NCBI GenBank assembly: GCA_964397255.1
Contig: CAYNHQ010000001.1
Location: 275,849 to 339,848 of the forward strand
Source: an uncultured bacterium
GTDB lineage: Bacteria; Bdellovibrionota_G; JALEGL01; DATDPG01
Length of the DNA stretch: 64,000 nucleotides
Direction of reading: 5' to 3'
Shown: positions 9,536 to 19,069 of the stretch, piece after piece
Layout of the letters: the number at the start of each line of letters is the position of its first letter
How positions within the stretch are numbered: the stretch's first letter is position 1
Program-made: the position numbers and the translations under genes
The notes under the pieces: generated by a model
Databases searched by the model: none
What the model was told of the DNA's origin: nothing
Seen by the model: only the letters and a program-made list of their open reading frames with translations

Positions 9536-10254
9536 AGAGGATCATCATTCCAGCCATTTTATTGGTTGTCTGGGCCTGTAGTTCGTCACATCCCACAACT
9601 GCTGCAGAAGAGGCTTCGTCAGCCACAGCCACTCCAATGGCGACCGCCACGAGTCTCCCTTCCGAGAAATCGGTTCCTCATTCCGAAGTGGTAAAGGCTG
9701 CACCCAATTCACCCACAGAAGTGATTCAGAGGTATACGGAAGAGCTGCGAGGAATAGTCGAGCCGGGCAAACGGAAAGAAAAAGGGTCGCGGGACGTAAA
9801 GCAGGAAGAAAAGATCGCTCAAAAGGTACGGGAATTTTTTGATTTTGACGGCTTAGCGCGAATGAGCCTCGGAAAACATTGGTACAAAATCACGCCCAAA
9901 CAGCAGAAAGAATTTTCCACGGTGTTTATCGATCTCGTAGAGACCTCATATTTGCGTCGCTCGCGTAACATTATCGGTGACTACAACATTGTTTACGGCA
10001 AGGAAGAAATAAAGAAGGATCAATCCAAAGTGAAGTGCAGCGTGATTCGAAACGACGCAAATGTGGATATCACATATGAGCTTCACCGAAATCCGAAAAA
10101 CTGGATGATCTTCAACATTATTCTCGACGACGTCGATCTCGTGAAAAATTATCAGAGCCAGTTCAACCGAATCATCCAAGTCGCCGGTTTCAAAGGCCTG
10201 ATGAAACGAATGCGCCAGAAACAGCAAGAGGGCGCAACGGAGCCGACCCTCTGA
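9532..10254 (+). CDS. MlaC/Ttg2D-family phospholipid-binding lipoprotein-like protein
   Basis: Signal peptide with LVVWACSSS lipobox-like segment; FDFDGLARMSLGKHWYKITPKQQKEFSTVFIDLVETSY matches the MlaC pattern; ATGA overlap with the upstream gene. Confidence 0.55.
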   Translation: MKRIIIPAILLVVWACSSSHPTTAAEEASSATATPMATATSLPSEKSVPHSEVVKAAPNSPTEVIQRYTEELRGIVEPGKRKEKGSRDVKQEEKIAQKVREFFDFDGLARMSLGKHWYKITPKQQKEFSTVFIDLVETSYLRRSRNIIGDYNIVYGKEEIKKDQSKVKCSVIRNDANVDITYELHRNPKNWMIFNIILDDVDLVKNYQSQFNRIIQVAGFKGLMKRMRQKQQEGATEPTL

Positions 10255-11678
10255 TTAAACGTTGTATCTTCGTTCTCATCGATGGGGGACGTCCTGATGC
10301 CATCGAGCAAGGAGTCTGCGAGGGGAAACTTCCAAACCTCAAAAAGATTTTTTTTGACGAGGGAGAACTTCGGACGGCGACCACCGTTTTTCCTTCCACC
10401 ACCGGACCCGCGTACGCTCCGTTTCTAACCGGATGTTTTCCGGGTACCTGTCATTTGCCGGGAATTCGCTGGTTCGATCGGACGCTTTACGTTCAAGATC
10501 GTTGGAGCCCCAAGGCGGTTCGCAGTTACGTCGGTCACGAAAGCTATTTTATGAATCGGGATATGGCGCCTCACCTCCGAACCCTTTTTGAAGAACTCCA
10601 GCCTTCGGTGAACATTTTTAGCTCGATCAATCGCGGCGTGTCGTTTGCTGGGAACAAAACAAAACTTCTCCGGGCGCTTTATTTTCTTTACGCACATTTC
10701 ACCGGGGATTGGTCGCGAGTCGACCGCGCGGCGACACGATTTCTTCTTTCCTCGATGAAGGCCCTTCCGAAATTCCTATTTGTGGTCTTTCCTGGTGTGG
10801 ACGAACACAGCCATCTCTCGGATCCATTTTCAAAGCGCGCGAAAAACGCTTATGCCGATCTGGACCAGGCCATGGGGCGACTGGTCAATCTTTTGAAAGA
10901 TTTGGGGGAGTACGATCAGACACTGATCGTCGGATCGAGTGACCATGGCTTAAGCCAAACGCACACCCATTTGGAGCTTTGGGAGGAGATGGAAAAGCAT
11001 GGTTACCCGACGCTTTACCATCCCAGGGTATTTCGAAAGCATATTCGCGCCGCGTGTATGGTTTCCGGAAATGGAATGGCGAATCTCTATTTCCAAAATG
11101 GCGATGGGTGGAAGAAGCCGATCACCCATGATGAATTTGTCCGAGTTGGATTGATGAAGAGGCTTTTGAACAGGGACGAAATTGATCATGTCATTACGAG
11201 GGAGAGCAAGGAAACCTATATCGTTACAAGCCGAAAAGGGACGGCACGAATTCGTGAAAAGAATGACCAAATTCAATATCAGCCGATAGAAAGCGATCCC
11301 TTCGGATTTGACCCCCTCCCTCGAGGAATGTCTTTTGATGATGCTCTCGATCGAACGTACGATACCGATTATCCCGATGCCCTCGTTCAAGTCGTACAGC
11401 TTTTTCGAACCCCCCGCTCAGGAGACGTCGTTGTGACGGCGCGACCCGGGTATGATTTGCGTAATCGGCATGAATGGCCGGAGCATTCCGCCTCCCACGG
11501 CTCCCTTCATAAGGAACACATGCTAGTTCCTCTCCTGGCAAATCGTAAAATGTTTAAAAAGGGCGGAATTCGGTCCGCGGATCTATTCCCTTCCATTTTG
11601 AAGAGGTTGGAAATGCCCGTTCCCAATTATTTCATTGATGGCCGAAGCCGCATCGAAGCTTTTACTGCAATTCGATGA
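10251..11678 (+). CDS. Alkaline-phosphatase-superfamily phosphodiesterase/nucleotide pyrophosphatase; start uncertain (conserved N-terminus precedes the first ATG)
   Basis: In-frame upstream peptide CIFVLIDGGRPDAIE carries the catalytic-site motif of type I phosphodiesterases; no ATG until 10455 (the track itself starts at TTG); there is a candidate CTG at 10251. Confidence 0.6.
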   Translation: MIKRCIFVLIDGGRPDAIEQGVCEGKLPNLKKIFFDEGELRTATTVFPSTTGPAYAPFLTGCFPGTCHLPGIRWFDRTLYVQDRWSPKAVRSYVGHESYFMNRDMAPHLRTLFEELQPSVNIFSSINRGVSFAGNKTKLLRALYFLYAHFTGDWSRVDRAATRFLLSSMKALPKFLFVVFPGVDEHSHLSDPFSKRAKNAYADLDQAMGRLVNLLKDLGEYDQTLIVGSSDHGLSQTHTHLELWEEMEKHGYPTLYHPRVFRKHIRAACMVSGNGMANLYFQNGDGWKKPITHDEFVRVGLMKRLLNRDEIDHVITRESKETYIVTSRKGTARIREKNDQIQYQPIESDPFGFDPLPRGMSFDDALDRTYDTDYPDALVQVVQLFRTPRSGDVVVTARPGYDLRNRHEWPEHSASHGSLHKEHMLVPLLANRKMFKKGGIRSADLFPSILKRLEMPVPNYFIDGRSRIEAFTAIR

Positions 11679-11698
11679 TTCGGCCGTCGTCGACGGTG
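11631..11698. repeat. Palindromic repeat element, copy 1 (full hairpin); forms the 3' end of the AlkP-family gene
   Basis: Left arm CATTGATGGCCGAAGCCGCATCGAAG, loop CTTTTACTGC, right arm AATTCGATGATTCGGCCGTCGTCGACGG; contains the CCGTCGTCGACGG palindrome. Confidence 0.75.
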
Positions 11699-11750
11699 TT
11701 CAGAATCTCGTGGTGAACGTTGACTCATATAAAATAGCGAGGGTAGAGTA

Positions 11751-12903
11751 ATGACAATGGAAAACTGCCACCCCAAGTTTTTGTTGTCGGGAATTCTCCT
11801 TTTCATTGGGGCATTCACTCTTCAATGTGGAAGCGACTCAACAACCATTCCAGAAATTTCCGCGTGGTCGTTTGTCGACGGCAATGGCAAAAGCGGAATC
11901 AATAAAGACCCCGCAGGTCAGGCATACCAACCTGAGCCCGTTATTTTTGATTCCAAGTTTTACGTCACTTGGTACGAGTACGACGGATTCAATAATACTC
12001 GTGTTCACGTTGCAGTATTTAATGGCGACGCTGCTTCTCCGGCTTGGATCTTTGTGAGCGGAGCGAACGGTCTCAATAAGGACTCGATGAAGGTCGCGGA
12101 ATTTCCACAGCTTGCCGTGATGAATTCCAAACTCTACGCCACATGGAGCGAGGATAACGGAACGGCTACCCAGATCCGAATAGCAGTTTATAACGGGGAC
12201 GATAGCTCTCCCACATGGACTTTTGTCGATGGCAATGGGACGAACGGCATCAATAAAGATTCAGGAAAAGATGGGAGAGTTCCATCACTGATAGCCTTTA
12301 ACGGGCAATTGTATGCGACCTGGTCCGAAAAAGGCTTATCCTTTGTTGAGCAGGTCCGCGTCGCCGTTTACAATGGCAACGATAGTTCTCCCGCATGGGC
12401 ATTTGTGGATGGCAACGGTTCCAATGGCATCAACAAGAATTCATTTGCCAGCGCCCCTTTTTCCAAGTTGGTCTGAGGTACAAGACGATACCGGTGGGCC
12501 CCATCAGGTTCGAGTCGCAGTTTATAACGGGGATGGCAGCGCGCCCGCGTGGACATTTGTCGACGGCAACAGCACCAAGAATGGCATCAACAAAAATCCT
12601 AATGAAGAGGCTGAATCGATCGTTGATCTCGAGGTTTCTAATTCGAAGCTATATGCGACCTGGCAAGAAGCAAGTGCGGATTCTGGAACTGATCAAGTTC
12701 GAGTGGCTGTCTACAGCGGGGATGACAGTGCCCCCGCCTGGACATTTGTCGATGGCGATGGGACAAACGGCATCAATAAAGACTCTACGAAAATAGCGAG
12801 CGGGCCCATGTTGATTGATTTCAATTCAAAACTCTACGCCACCTGGAGTGAACGCAAAACAGGAACAGGTAACGAGCAAATCCGAGTCGCCGTGGGAAAT
12901 TGA
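11751..12903 (+). pseudogene. Secreted beta-propeller-like repeat protein, disrupted by a +1 frameshift near 12460 (ORFs 11751-12476 and 12313-12903)
   Basis: Signal peptide; about seven ~57-aa repeats W-x-FVDGNG-x-GINKDS...KLYATWSE...QIRVAVYNGDDSSPA; the repeat continues in the +1 frame after INKNSFASAPFSKLV*. Confidence 0.6.
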
Positions 12904-12960
12904 AGATTTTTGATTTTCCTGGAGCCGAAAGTCAAACTGTAAACGCAGCTGCTCAACCAT

Positions 12961-13030
12961 CCGATTGACGGCCGAAGCCGAATCGAAGCCTTTACTGCAA
13001 TTCGATGATTCGGCCGTCATCGACGGTGAG
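12961..13030. repeat. Palindromic repeat element, copy 2 (full hairpin) downstream of the repeat-protein gene
   Basis: CCGATTGACGGCCGAAGCCGAATCGAAGCCTTTACTGCAATTCGATGATTCGGCCGTCATCGACGGTGAG; re-encodes PIDGRSRIEAFTAIR* on + strand and [12 protein letters not shown] on - strand. Confidence 0.75.
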
Positions 13031-13048
13031 TTTGGAGATTGCCGCAAG

Positions 13049-13438
13049 TTACGCGGCGCGAGACATTTTCAGTCGTTCGATTTTCGTGGCAAGCCCAATA
13101 ATTTGATCCACATGAACTTCAAATCGATTTCTCCATACAAGAGCCGTTCCAAAGTCATCAATGGATACCGCAGACCAATCTCTGCGTCTCTTGGGATAAC
13201 AGTAAACGCGAGAAAAGGAACTGAGGTCTGAATAATATCGATAGCTGTCTGATGTATCGATGATAACCCGCCCTTGCTCTGGGGTTGAAACACGCAAAAT
13301 TACTGAAGTGGTGGAACCCATGGGATTTCCTTTCCCTTTGCGGCTGCCGCCCAAGCTAAACGAAGTTCCTGTCGACGTTCTTTGCACCACTCTGCAATCA
13401 ATCGGTTGGATCTTGAACCAAGACTTCCCTCTAGACAT
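13049..13438 (-). CDS. Hypothetical protein (129 aa), doubtful
   Basis: ORF only; no recognisable motifs; lies in a region bounded by repeat copies. Confidence 0.15.
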   Translation of the reverse strand: MSRGKSWFKIQPIDCRVVQRTSTGTSFSLGGSRKGKGNPMGSTTSVILRVSTPEQGRVIIDTSDSYRYYSDLSSFSRVYCYPKRRRDWSAVSIDDFGTALVWRNRFEVHVDQIIGLATKIERLKMSRAA

Positions 13439-13613
13439 TTTCCTGAGAGATCAAAAACTGCCTCACGCCCAGAATGCCTTGCATGGAAGTGGGCCTTCTT
13501 ATGTTTCTGTCGGTCAAACCAATACATATAAATGACTATACCAAAAAACTCTGAAATTCTCGGCATGGATACGCTTAGGCTATTATTTCAATGGGTTACT
13601 AGGCAACATTTAA

Positions 13614-13653
13614 TTTACTGCAATTCGATGATTCGGCCGTCGTCGACGGTGAG
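13614..13653. repeat. Palindromic repeat element, copy 3 (loop plus right arm only); forms the 3' end of the LpoA-like gene on the minus strand
   Basis: TTTACTGCAATTCGATGATTCGGCCGTCGTCGACGGTGAG; on the minus strand it encodes ...[12 protein letters not shown]. Confidence 0.7.
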
Positions 13654-15521
13654 AACAGTCAATTTCTTTTCAGCATCCCGTTTCGTGTTGAACGAAATTT
13701 CTCCCGACACTCCCGGAAATTTTTGGACGGCGGCAAGTGCGGCCGAAAAAGCTGAACGTGAGGACTGATGTTGACTCTGAAGGACCGACAAAACAAGGCT
13801 GACGGTATCGTAGGCTTGGGCTTCGAATACGCCGGGCTCCTCTCCATAGAGGGAGTAAAAGCGCTCCATAAATTTGGAGACAGCAGGATCTTTTTTCCCC
13901 TTGTAAAAACTATCGAGAAATACAGATCCCTGAAAATAAGCTCCTTTGTCCCCTCCCTTGAGAATCTCCGGCGAATTCCAGAGATTGGTTCCAAGAAGAA
14001 CCACTCCGCGAATATCGTAGTAGCTCAAGGCTGGTGCAATTTGCGTCGCCTTTTCGGCATTGTCGGGAACAAAGAGGGCTTCAAAGTCGACAAGATTTGG
14101 GGAATTATCAGGCCGAAGTCCCGGCGGATCAAGGCCCACGATTTTCTTTAAAGGGGGGCCAAAGTCGTTGGCCTCGGGATCGTAACTTTCCGCCCCGCGA
14201 ATTTCCCCGCCCCGCTTCACAAACTCCTCCCAAAAAAGGCTCATAAATTCCGTTCCGTAATTGTTGTCAGGATAGAGTAGCGCGACACGGCGAATGCCCA
14301 ATGTATCGTGAGCCACAGCCGCAAGAGAAGCGGCTTGAGAAGACTTTGTCAGCCCATTTCGAAATATCGTGTCGCCCAGTTCAGTAATCCCCTCGGCCGC
14401 GCTCAGCGAAACCATCGGAAGCTCATATCGGCTCGCCGCTAGCGCTGCCATTTGGCTTTGCTTTGCAAAGAGGGGGCCTATGACGGCGATTACCTTTCGT
14501 TCGTTCACCAGTTTTTCAAGCGCGGAAACCGCTTTTTCCGGATCATCCCCTGAATCTTCAATATAAAATCTCGCTGCAGAGGTTCCGGCGGCCGGAGAAA
14601 ACAGATTCATTGCAATGGCCACACCTCGCAACATTTGATTGGCGTAAAAACGGTTGTTCCCGGAAAGAGGAGCCAAAATTCCAATCGCATTGGAATCCAC
14701 ATCGGTCGATTGCTCCAACGCAGCGGAAAGCTCCACGGCCTCGCGGGTATATTCCAGGTCTCGAAATTGATTGAGATACATCGAAATCCACTTTCGAGCC
14801 GCAGCACGATCTCCAGCATGATAGGCGAGCTTAGCTAATTTGAAACAAGCGTGGCCTGCCGGGAAAAAAGTTTTTCGAATCGCCAACATCTGCTCTAGAT
14901 CATCTTGAGTAGCTGATTGATCCAGAAGCTCCACGATTTCGTTTTGGAGGGCGACATTGGGACGCTGTGTGGAGGTTGCATCGTAAAAGGAAATCAAGAA
15001 ACGTAGCTTCCATTTTGGAACATTTGTCTTGTCGAACGATCCTCGAGCCGCTTCCTCTAATGTTCCGATGCGAGCGAGAGGAACCTTGGTCACATCAATC
15101 GTTGCAAAAAGCTCGGCGGCTCCCCGGTAGTCACGGCGCGCGTAGCGGAGTTTAGCCAGCTCCTCTTTCCCTTCGTTGGTCGCGTCTCCCGTGGGATATC
15201 GAGTGACCAGCGATTCAAGCAGCTGTTCCGCTTCCGGCAATTTCTTTCGAAGGCGCTGGATTTGGCTGGAACGAAGAAGAGCGTTATCGGCGTACTCGGA
15301 CATCGGCATTTCAGAAACGATCGTCTGGTATTTCTTAAACGCTTCGTTGTAGTGTTTTTTCTGCAGAAGAATTTCAGCATCGTCATAATCAATTTTTGCG
15401 GCTTGATTGACGGGCATTTCGACTCCATTGCGAATGACCATTGGGCCCTTCGCACAATTCGAAACGAGAATCATCAAAAAGCCGGAAAGGGCAAGGTAGC
15501 GGCTATTTCGAGACACTGCTG
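13615..15521 (-). CDS. LpoA-like lipoprotein: N-terminal TPR-like domain plus C-terminal LivK-type periplasmic binding domain; likely start is GTG/TTG/ATG within 15519-15560
   Basis: Signal peptide [20 protein letters not shown]; TPR-like helices; C-terminal half [21 protein letters not shown]...LLYPDNNYG matches the Leu/Ile/Val-binding fold; total ~640-650 aa. Confidence 0.55.
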
Positions 15522-17314
15522 TAAAGAGTTTCCGCAATTTGGTGGGTAATATCATTGAGAAGCGCCAATGCCTCGTTAATAGTATTAAAGTCATCACTTT
15601 CGGCTGCCTCTCGCGCCCGTTGAAGCGAATCTTCCAATCGATTTCGATCTTCCTCAGAGAGCTTGGCCGCCAAGTCCTTGAGGGATCGTTCTGTGGAGTA
15701 AAGCAGGCCGGCCAGTTCATTCTTAGCGTCGACAACACGCTTCATCTGTTCATCATCGGCCGCATGGGCTTCGGCATCAGAAATGATCTGATTGATTTCA
15801 TTTTCCGTAAGACCGCTGGTGGGTGTAATTCGCACACTTTGTTCCCGCTGGGTAGCCATGTCTTTGGCCGAAACCGATACAATTCCATTGGAGTCGATAT
15901 CAAATGTAACTTCAATTTGAGGAACTCCGCGAGGAGCCGGCGGAATTCCAACCAATTCAAAGATCGCGAGGGATTTATTGTCTTTGGCCAGCTCCCGCTC
16001 TCCCTGAAGGACATGGACACGGACCATCGGTTGATTGTCAATCGTGGTCGAAAAGATCTCACTCTTTCGTGTAGGAATAGTGGTGTTCTTTTCAATTTGT
16101 TTGGTGAACACCCCGCCCTGCGTTTCGATCCCCAGGGAAAGTGGCGTGACATCGAGGAGAAGCACTTCTTCCACATCTCCCTGAAGAATTCCCGCTTGAA
16201 CCGCTGCGCCGATGGCGACCACTTCATCGGGGTTCACTCCCGACGCGGGCGCTCGTTTAAAAATCTCCTTTGCCTTTTCAATCACGCGGGGCATCCGAGT
16301 CATACCACCCACAAGAATCAACTCTTCAATTTGCGCCACATTCAGCCCCGCATCTTTAAGGGCTGTTTCGCAAGGAGGGCCAAGACGATCAATGAGGTCT
16401 TCGACCAACACCTCAAGCTGGGCGCGCGTAAGTTTGGTGCTTAGATGCTTGGGTCCACTCGAATCGGCCGAAATAAATGGGAGATTAATGTCGGTTTCCA
16501 AAGAGGAGGAGAGTTCATGCTTCGCTTTTTCCGCAGCCTCCTTCAAACGCTGCAACGCCATGCGGTCTTTCCGAAGATCGGTATTGTTCGCCTTTCTAAA
16601 TTCCTCCACCAGCCAATCCACGATTCGCATGTCAAAATCTTCGCCGCCGAGGAAGGTATCGCCGCAGGTCGCTTTCACGTTGAAAACATCTGTTGCGATT
16701 TCAAGAACGGAAATATCGAACGTTCCGCCCCCCAAATCGAACACGGCGACATTTCCAGTTTTTTTCTTATCCAAACCGTACGCAAGTGCAGCTGCTGTCG
16801 GCTCATTGAGAATTCGTTTCACATCAAGGCCGGCGATTTTTCCGGCATCTTTTGTCGCTTGTCTCTGGCTGTCATCGAAATACGCCGGCACCGTAATAAT
16901 CGCTTCGGTCACTTCTTCGCCCAGATATTCTTCAGCCGTCTCTTTCATCTTTTGAAGAACAATCGCCGAGATCTCGGGCGGACTCATCATCTTGTCTCCC
17001 AATTGAAGCCAGGCATCCTTGTTCTTGGAAGGAACGATTTTAAACGAACAAAGTTCAATTGATTTTTGAGTCTCCGGAGAATCGTACTTTCGTCCAATGA
17101 GTCGTTTGATGGCGTAAAAAGTCCGCTCGGGATTTGTAATTGCCTGTCGCTTTGCAACCTGACCTATCAAGCGTTCGGAACGATCATTAAATGCGACCAC
17201 CGAAGGGGTGGTTCGAGAGCCTTCGGCATTTGGAATAACCACCGGTTCGCCCACTTCCATGATGGCGACACAGGAGTTTGTCGTTCCCAAGTCAATTCCA
17301 ATGGTTTTACCCAT
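15503..17314 (-). CDS. dnaK: Molecular chaperone DnaK (Hsp70)
   Basis: [20 protein letters not shown], canonical Hsp70 throughout; 603 aa. Confidence 0.97.
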   Translation of the reverse strand: MGKTIGIDLGTTNSCVAIMEVGEPVVIPNAEGSRTTPSVVAFNDRSERLIGQVAKRQAITNPERTFYAIKRLIGRKYDSPETQKSIELCSFKIVPSKNKDAWLQLGDKMMSPPEISAIVLQKMKETAEEYLGEEVTEAIITVPAYFDDSQRQATKDAGKIAGLDVKRILNEPTAAALAYGLDKKKTGNVAVFDLGGGTFDISVLEIATDVFNVKATCGDTFLGGEDFDMRIVDWLVEEFRKANNTDLRKDRMALQRLKEAAEKAKHELSSSLETDINLPFISADSSGPKHLSTKLTRAQLEVLVEDLIDRLGPPCETALKDAGLNVAQIEELILVGGMTRMPRVIEKAKEIFKRAPASGVNPDEVVAIGAAVQAGILQGDVEEVLLLDVTPLSLGIETQGGVFTKQIEKNTTIPTRKSEIFSTTIDNQPMVRVHVLQGERELAKDNKSLAIFELVGIPPAPRGVPQIEVTFDIDSNGIVSVSAKDMATQREQSVRITPTSGLTENEINQIISDAEAHAADDEQMKRVVDAKNELAGLLYSTERSLKDLAAKLSEEDRNRLEDSLQRAREAAESDDFNTINEALALLNDITHQIAETLYSSVSK

Positions 17315-17350
17315 ACGTTAATCCTGCCACAGAGCTCTTTTTGATTCCGC

Positions 17351-18004
17351 TTATTTTTCGTCAGCGGGCCCGGAATTCCCCTCTGTTTTGGGGGTTTCTT
17401 CCATTTTTTGGTCCTCCGGTCCCTTGGAAACCGTCACTACGGCGGGTCGGATCAACCGCTGGTGGAGAAAATAAGCTTTTTGGTGTTCCTCCATGATCGT
17501 TTGGGGAGGGTGCTGATTGGAAGAAGCATGGCTGACCGCCTCGTGAATGAGAGGGTCGAATTTCTTTCCCTCTGCACTTTCTGCCCGCACGCCGAAGCGC
17601 TCCAACACCGTTTTGAGCTGGGACAGGATCAGCTCCACCCCCTTGCGCATCGCATCGGTGTCCGTTGCTTTCTGCGAGTGCTCGACGGCCCGTTCGAAAT
17701 TATCCAGAACCGGAAGGATTTCGCGCACCAAATTCTCATTTCCATAAAGCATGAGTTCTGACTTTTCTTTCTGCACGCGTTTGCGGAAATTATCGAAATC
17801 GGCCGAAACACGAAGCAGCCGGTCGTACACTTCGTCAGCGGTCATTCCGCCGTATTTTTTTTCTTCCTTTTTTCCCGACTCTCCTTGTTTCTCGGCGGAG
17901 GTCTCTCCATTTTTATCGGGAGACGATTCTTTGCGGTGGCGGTCGACACTTTCCACCGCTTCTTCGATCAAAACCGGATCGACTTCCATTTTTGGTTCCT
18001 TCAT
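17351..18004 (-). CDS. grpE: Nucleotide exchange factor GrpE
   Basis: GrpE coiled-coil and C-terminal beta domain; position between hrcA and dnaK; ATGA overlap with hrcA. Confidence 0.9.
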   Translation of the reverse strand: MKEPKMEVDPVLIEEAVESVDRHRKESSPDKNGETSAEKQGESGKKEEKKYGGMTADEVYDRLLRVSADFDNFRKRVQKEKSELMLYGNENLVREILPVLDNFERAVEHSQKATDTDAMRKGVELILSQLKTVLERFGVRAESAEGKKFDPLIHEAVSHASSNQHPPQTIMEEHQKAYFLHQRLIRPAVVTVSKGPEDQKMEETPKTEGNSGPADEK

Positions 18005-19059
18005 GACTCCTTTTTCTCCTGAAGCACTTCCGTCAGTATTCGGCTCGTGAAATCCACCAACGGAACGATACGAGCATAATCCAGCCGCGTCGGTCCAATC
18101 ACACCAAGGACACCGCGATTTCCTTCACTATCGCTATAATCCGAAGTGATCATCGTTAGACCATTGATTTCAGGAAACTGATGCTCGCCTCCGATGGCGA
18201 TCTTCACGCCCGGGCTGGCGAGGGATTGATCCAGCAAACGGATGAGAAACGTTTTTTCTTCCAGCGTTCGTAGAATCTGCTGCATCCGATCAAAATTTGT
18301 AAATTCCGGCTCTTGAAGCAAAAGATTGCCCCCTTCAATATGCACGCCCGGAGTGGAATCTGAAAAAGCTTGTTCAGCTAGCGTAAGGGCGCGCCCCAAA
18401 ATCTGATCGTACTGCCTCTGAATTCGTTTCATCTCCAAAAGAATTTCTTTCCGAACATTGGCGAGAGTAAGTCCTGCGAGTCGTTCGTTAAGATAATTGT
18501 GCATTCGGTTCAGTTCTTCTTGCGAAATCGCACGGTCGATTTTTAAAATTTTATTTTCAACAATTCCACTCCCTGAAACAAGAACGGCAAGAACGAGTTT
18601 TTCTTTCAAGGCAATAAACTGAACATGTTTCAAACTCCGGTCATCCGGATTGGGCGAAAGAGCGAATCCGGGTTGATGGGAGCGGTTCGAGACCAATCGG
18701 CAGGCATCCCGCAGGACTTCATTCATGTCATCGACCCCGGTCTCGACCCTTTTCCGGATCTCCTCTCGTTCCTGGGGAGTAAGGGGTCGAAGGCGCATGA
18801 GCTGGTCGACGTAAAATTGATATCCGGACGGAGTGGGAACCCGACCCGACGAGGCATGGGAGCGCTTCAGAAAGCCCCTCTCTTCGAGCTCCGCCATGAC
18901 TGTCCGCACCGTGGCCGAACTGATCTCAATTCCTTTCTTTCTAGCTACTTGCGCAGATCCGACCGGCTCGGCCGACATGATATAGTCGCACACCACCGCA
19001 TAAAGGACCTCTTTTTTTCGATCAGATAGTTCCACGAACAGGATAACTGCCTGAATCAA
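18001..19059 (-). CDS. hrcA: Heat-inducible transcriptional repressor HrcA
   Basis: N-terminal LSDRKKEVLYAVVCDYIMSAEPVGS winged helix; ~350 aa; hrcA-grpE-dnaK order. Confidence 0.9.
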   Translation of the reverse strand: MIQAVILFVELSDRKKEVLYAVVCDYIMSAEPVGSAQVARKKGIEISSATVRTVMAELEERGFLKRSHASSGRVPTPSGYQFYVDQLMRLRPLTPQEREEIRKRVETGVDDMNEVLRDACRLVSNRSHQPGFALSPNPDDRSLKHVQFIALKEKLVLAVLVSGSGIVENKILKIDRAISQEELNRMHNYLNERLAGLTLANVRKEILLEMKRIQRQYDQILGRALTLAEQAFSDSTPGVHIEGGNLLLQEPEFTNFDRMQQILRTLEEKTFLIRLLDQSLASPGVKIAIGGEHQFPEINGLTMITSDYSDSEGNRGVLGVIGPTRLDYARIVPLVDFTSRILTEVLQEKKES

Positions 19060-19069
19060 CTCGAAAAGT

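Noticed and set aside
12965-13535. Plus-strand ORFs of 88 and 91 aa between the repeat gene and the LpoA-like gene
   Set aside because: They have no motifs and atypical composition, and they lie in a region better explained as an element-bounded non-coding or decayed segment.
15539-17062. Long plus-strand ORFs (301, 247 and 205 aa) overlapping dnaK
   Set aside because: They are antisense to a canonical, highly conserved dnaK and have low-complexity, biased composition, so they are spurious antisense ORFs.
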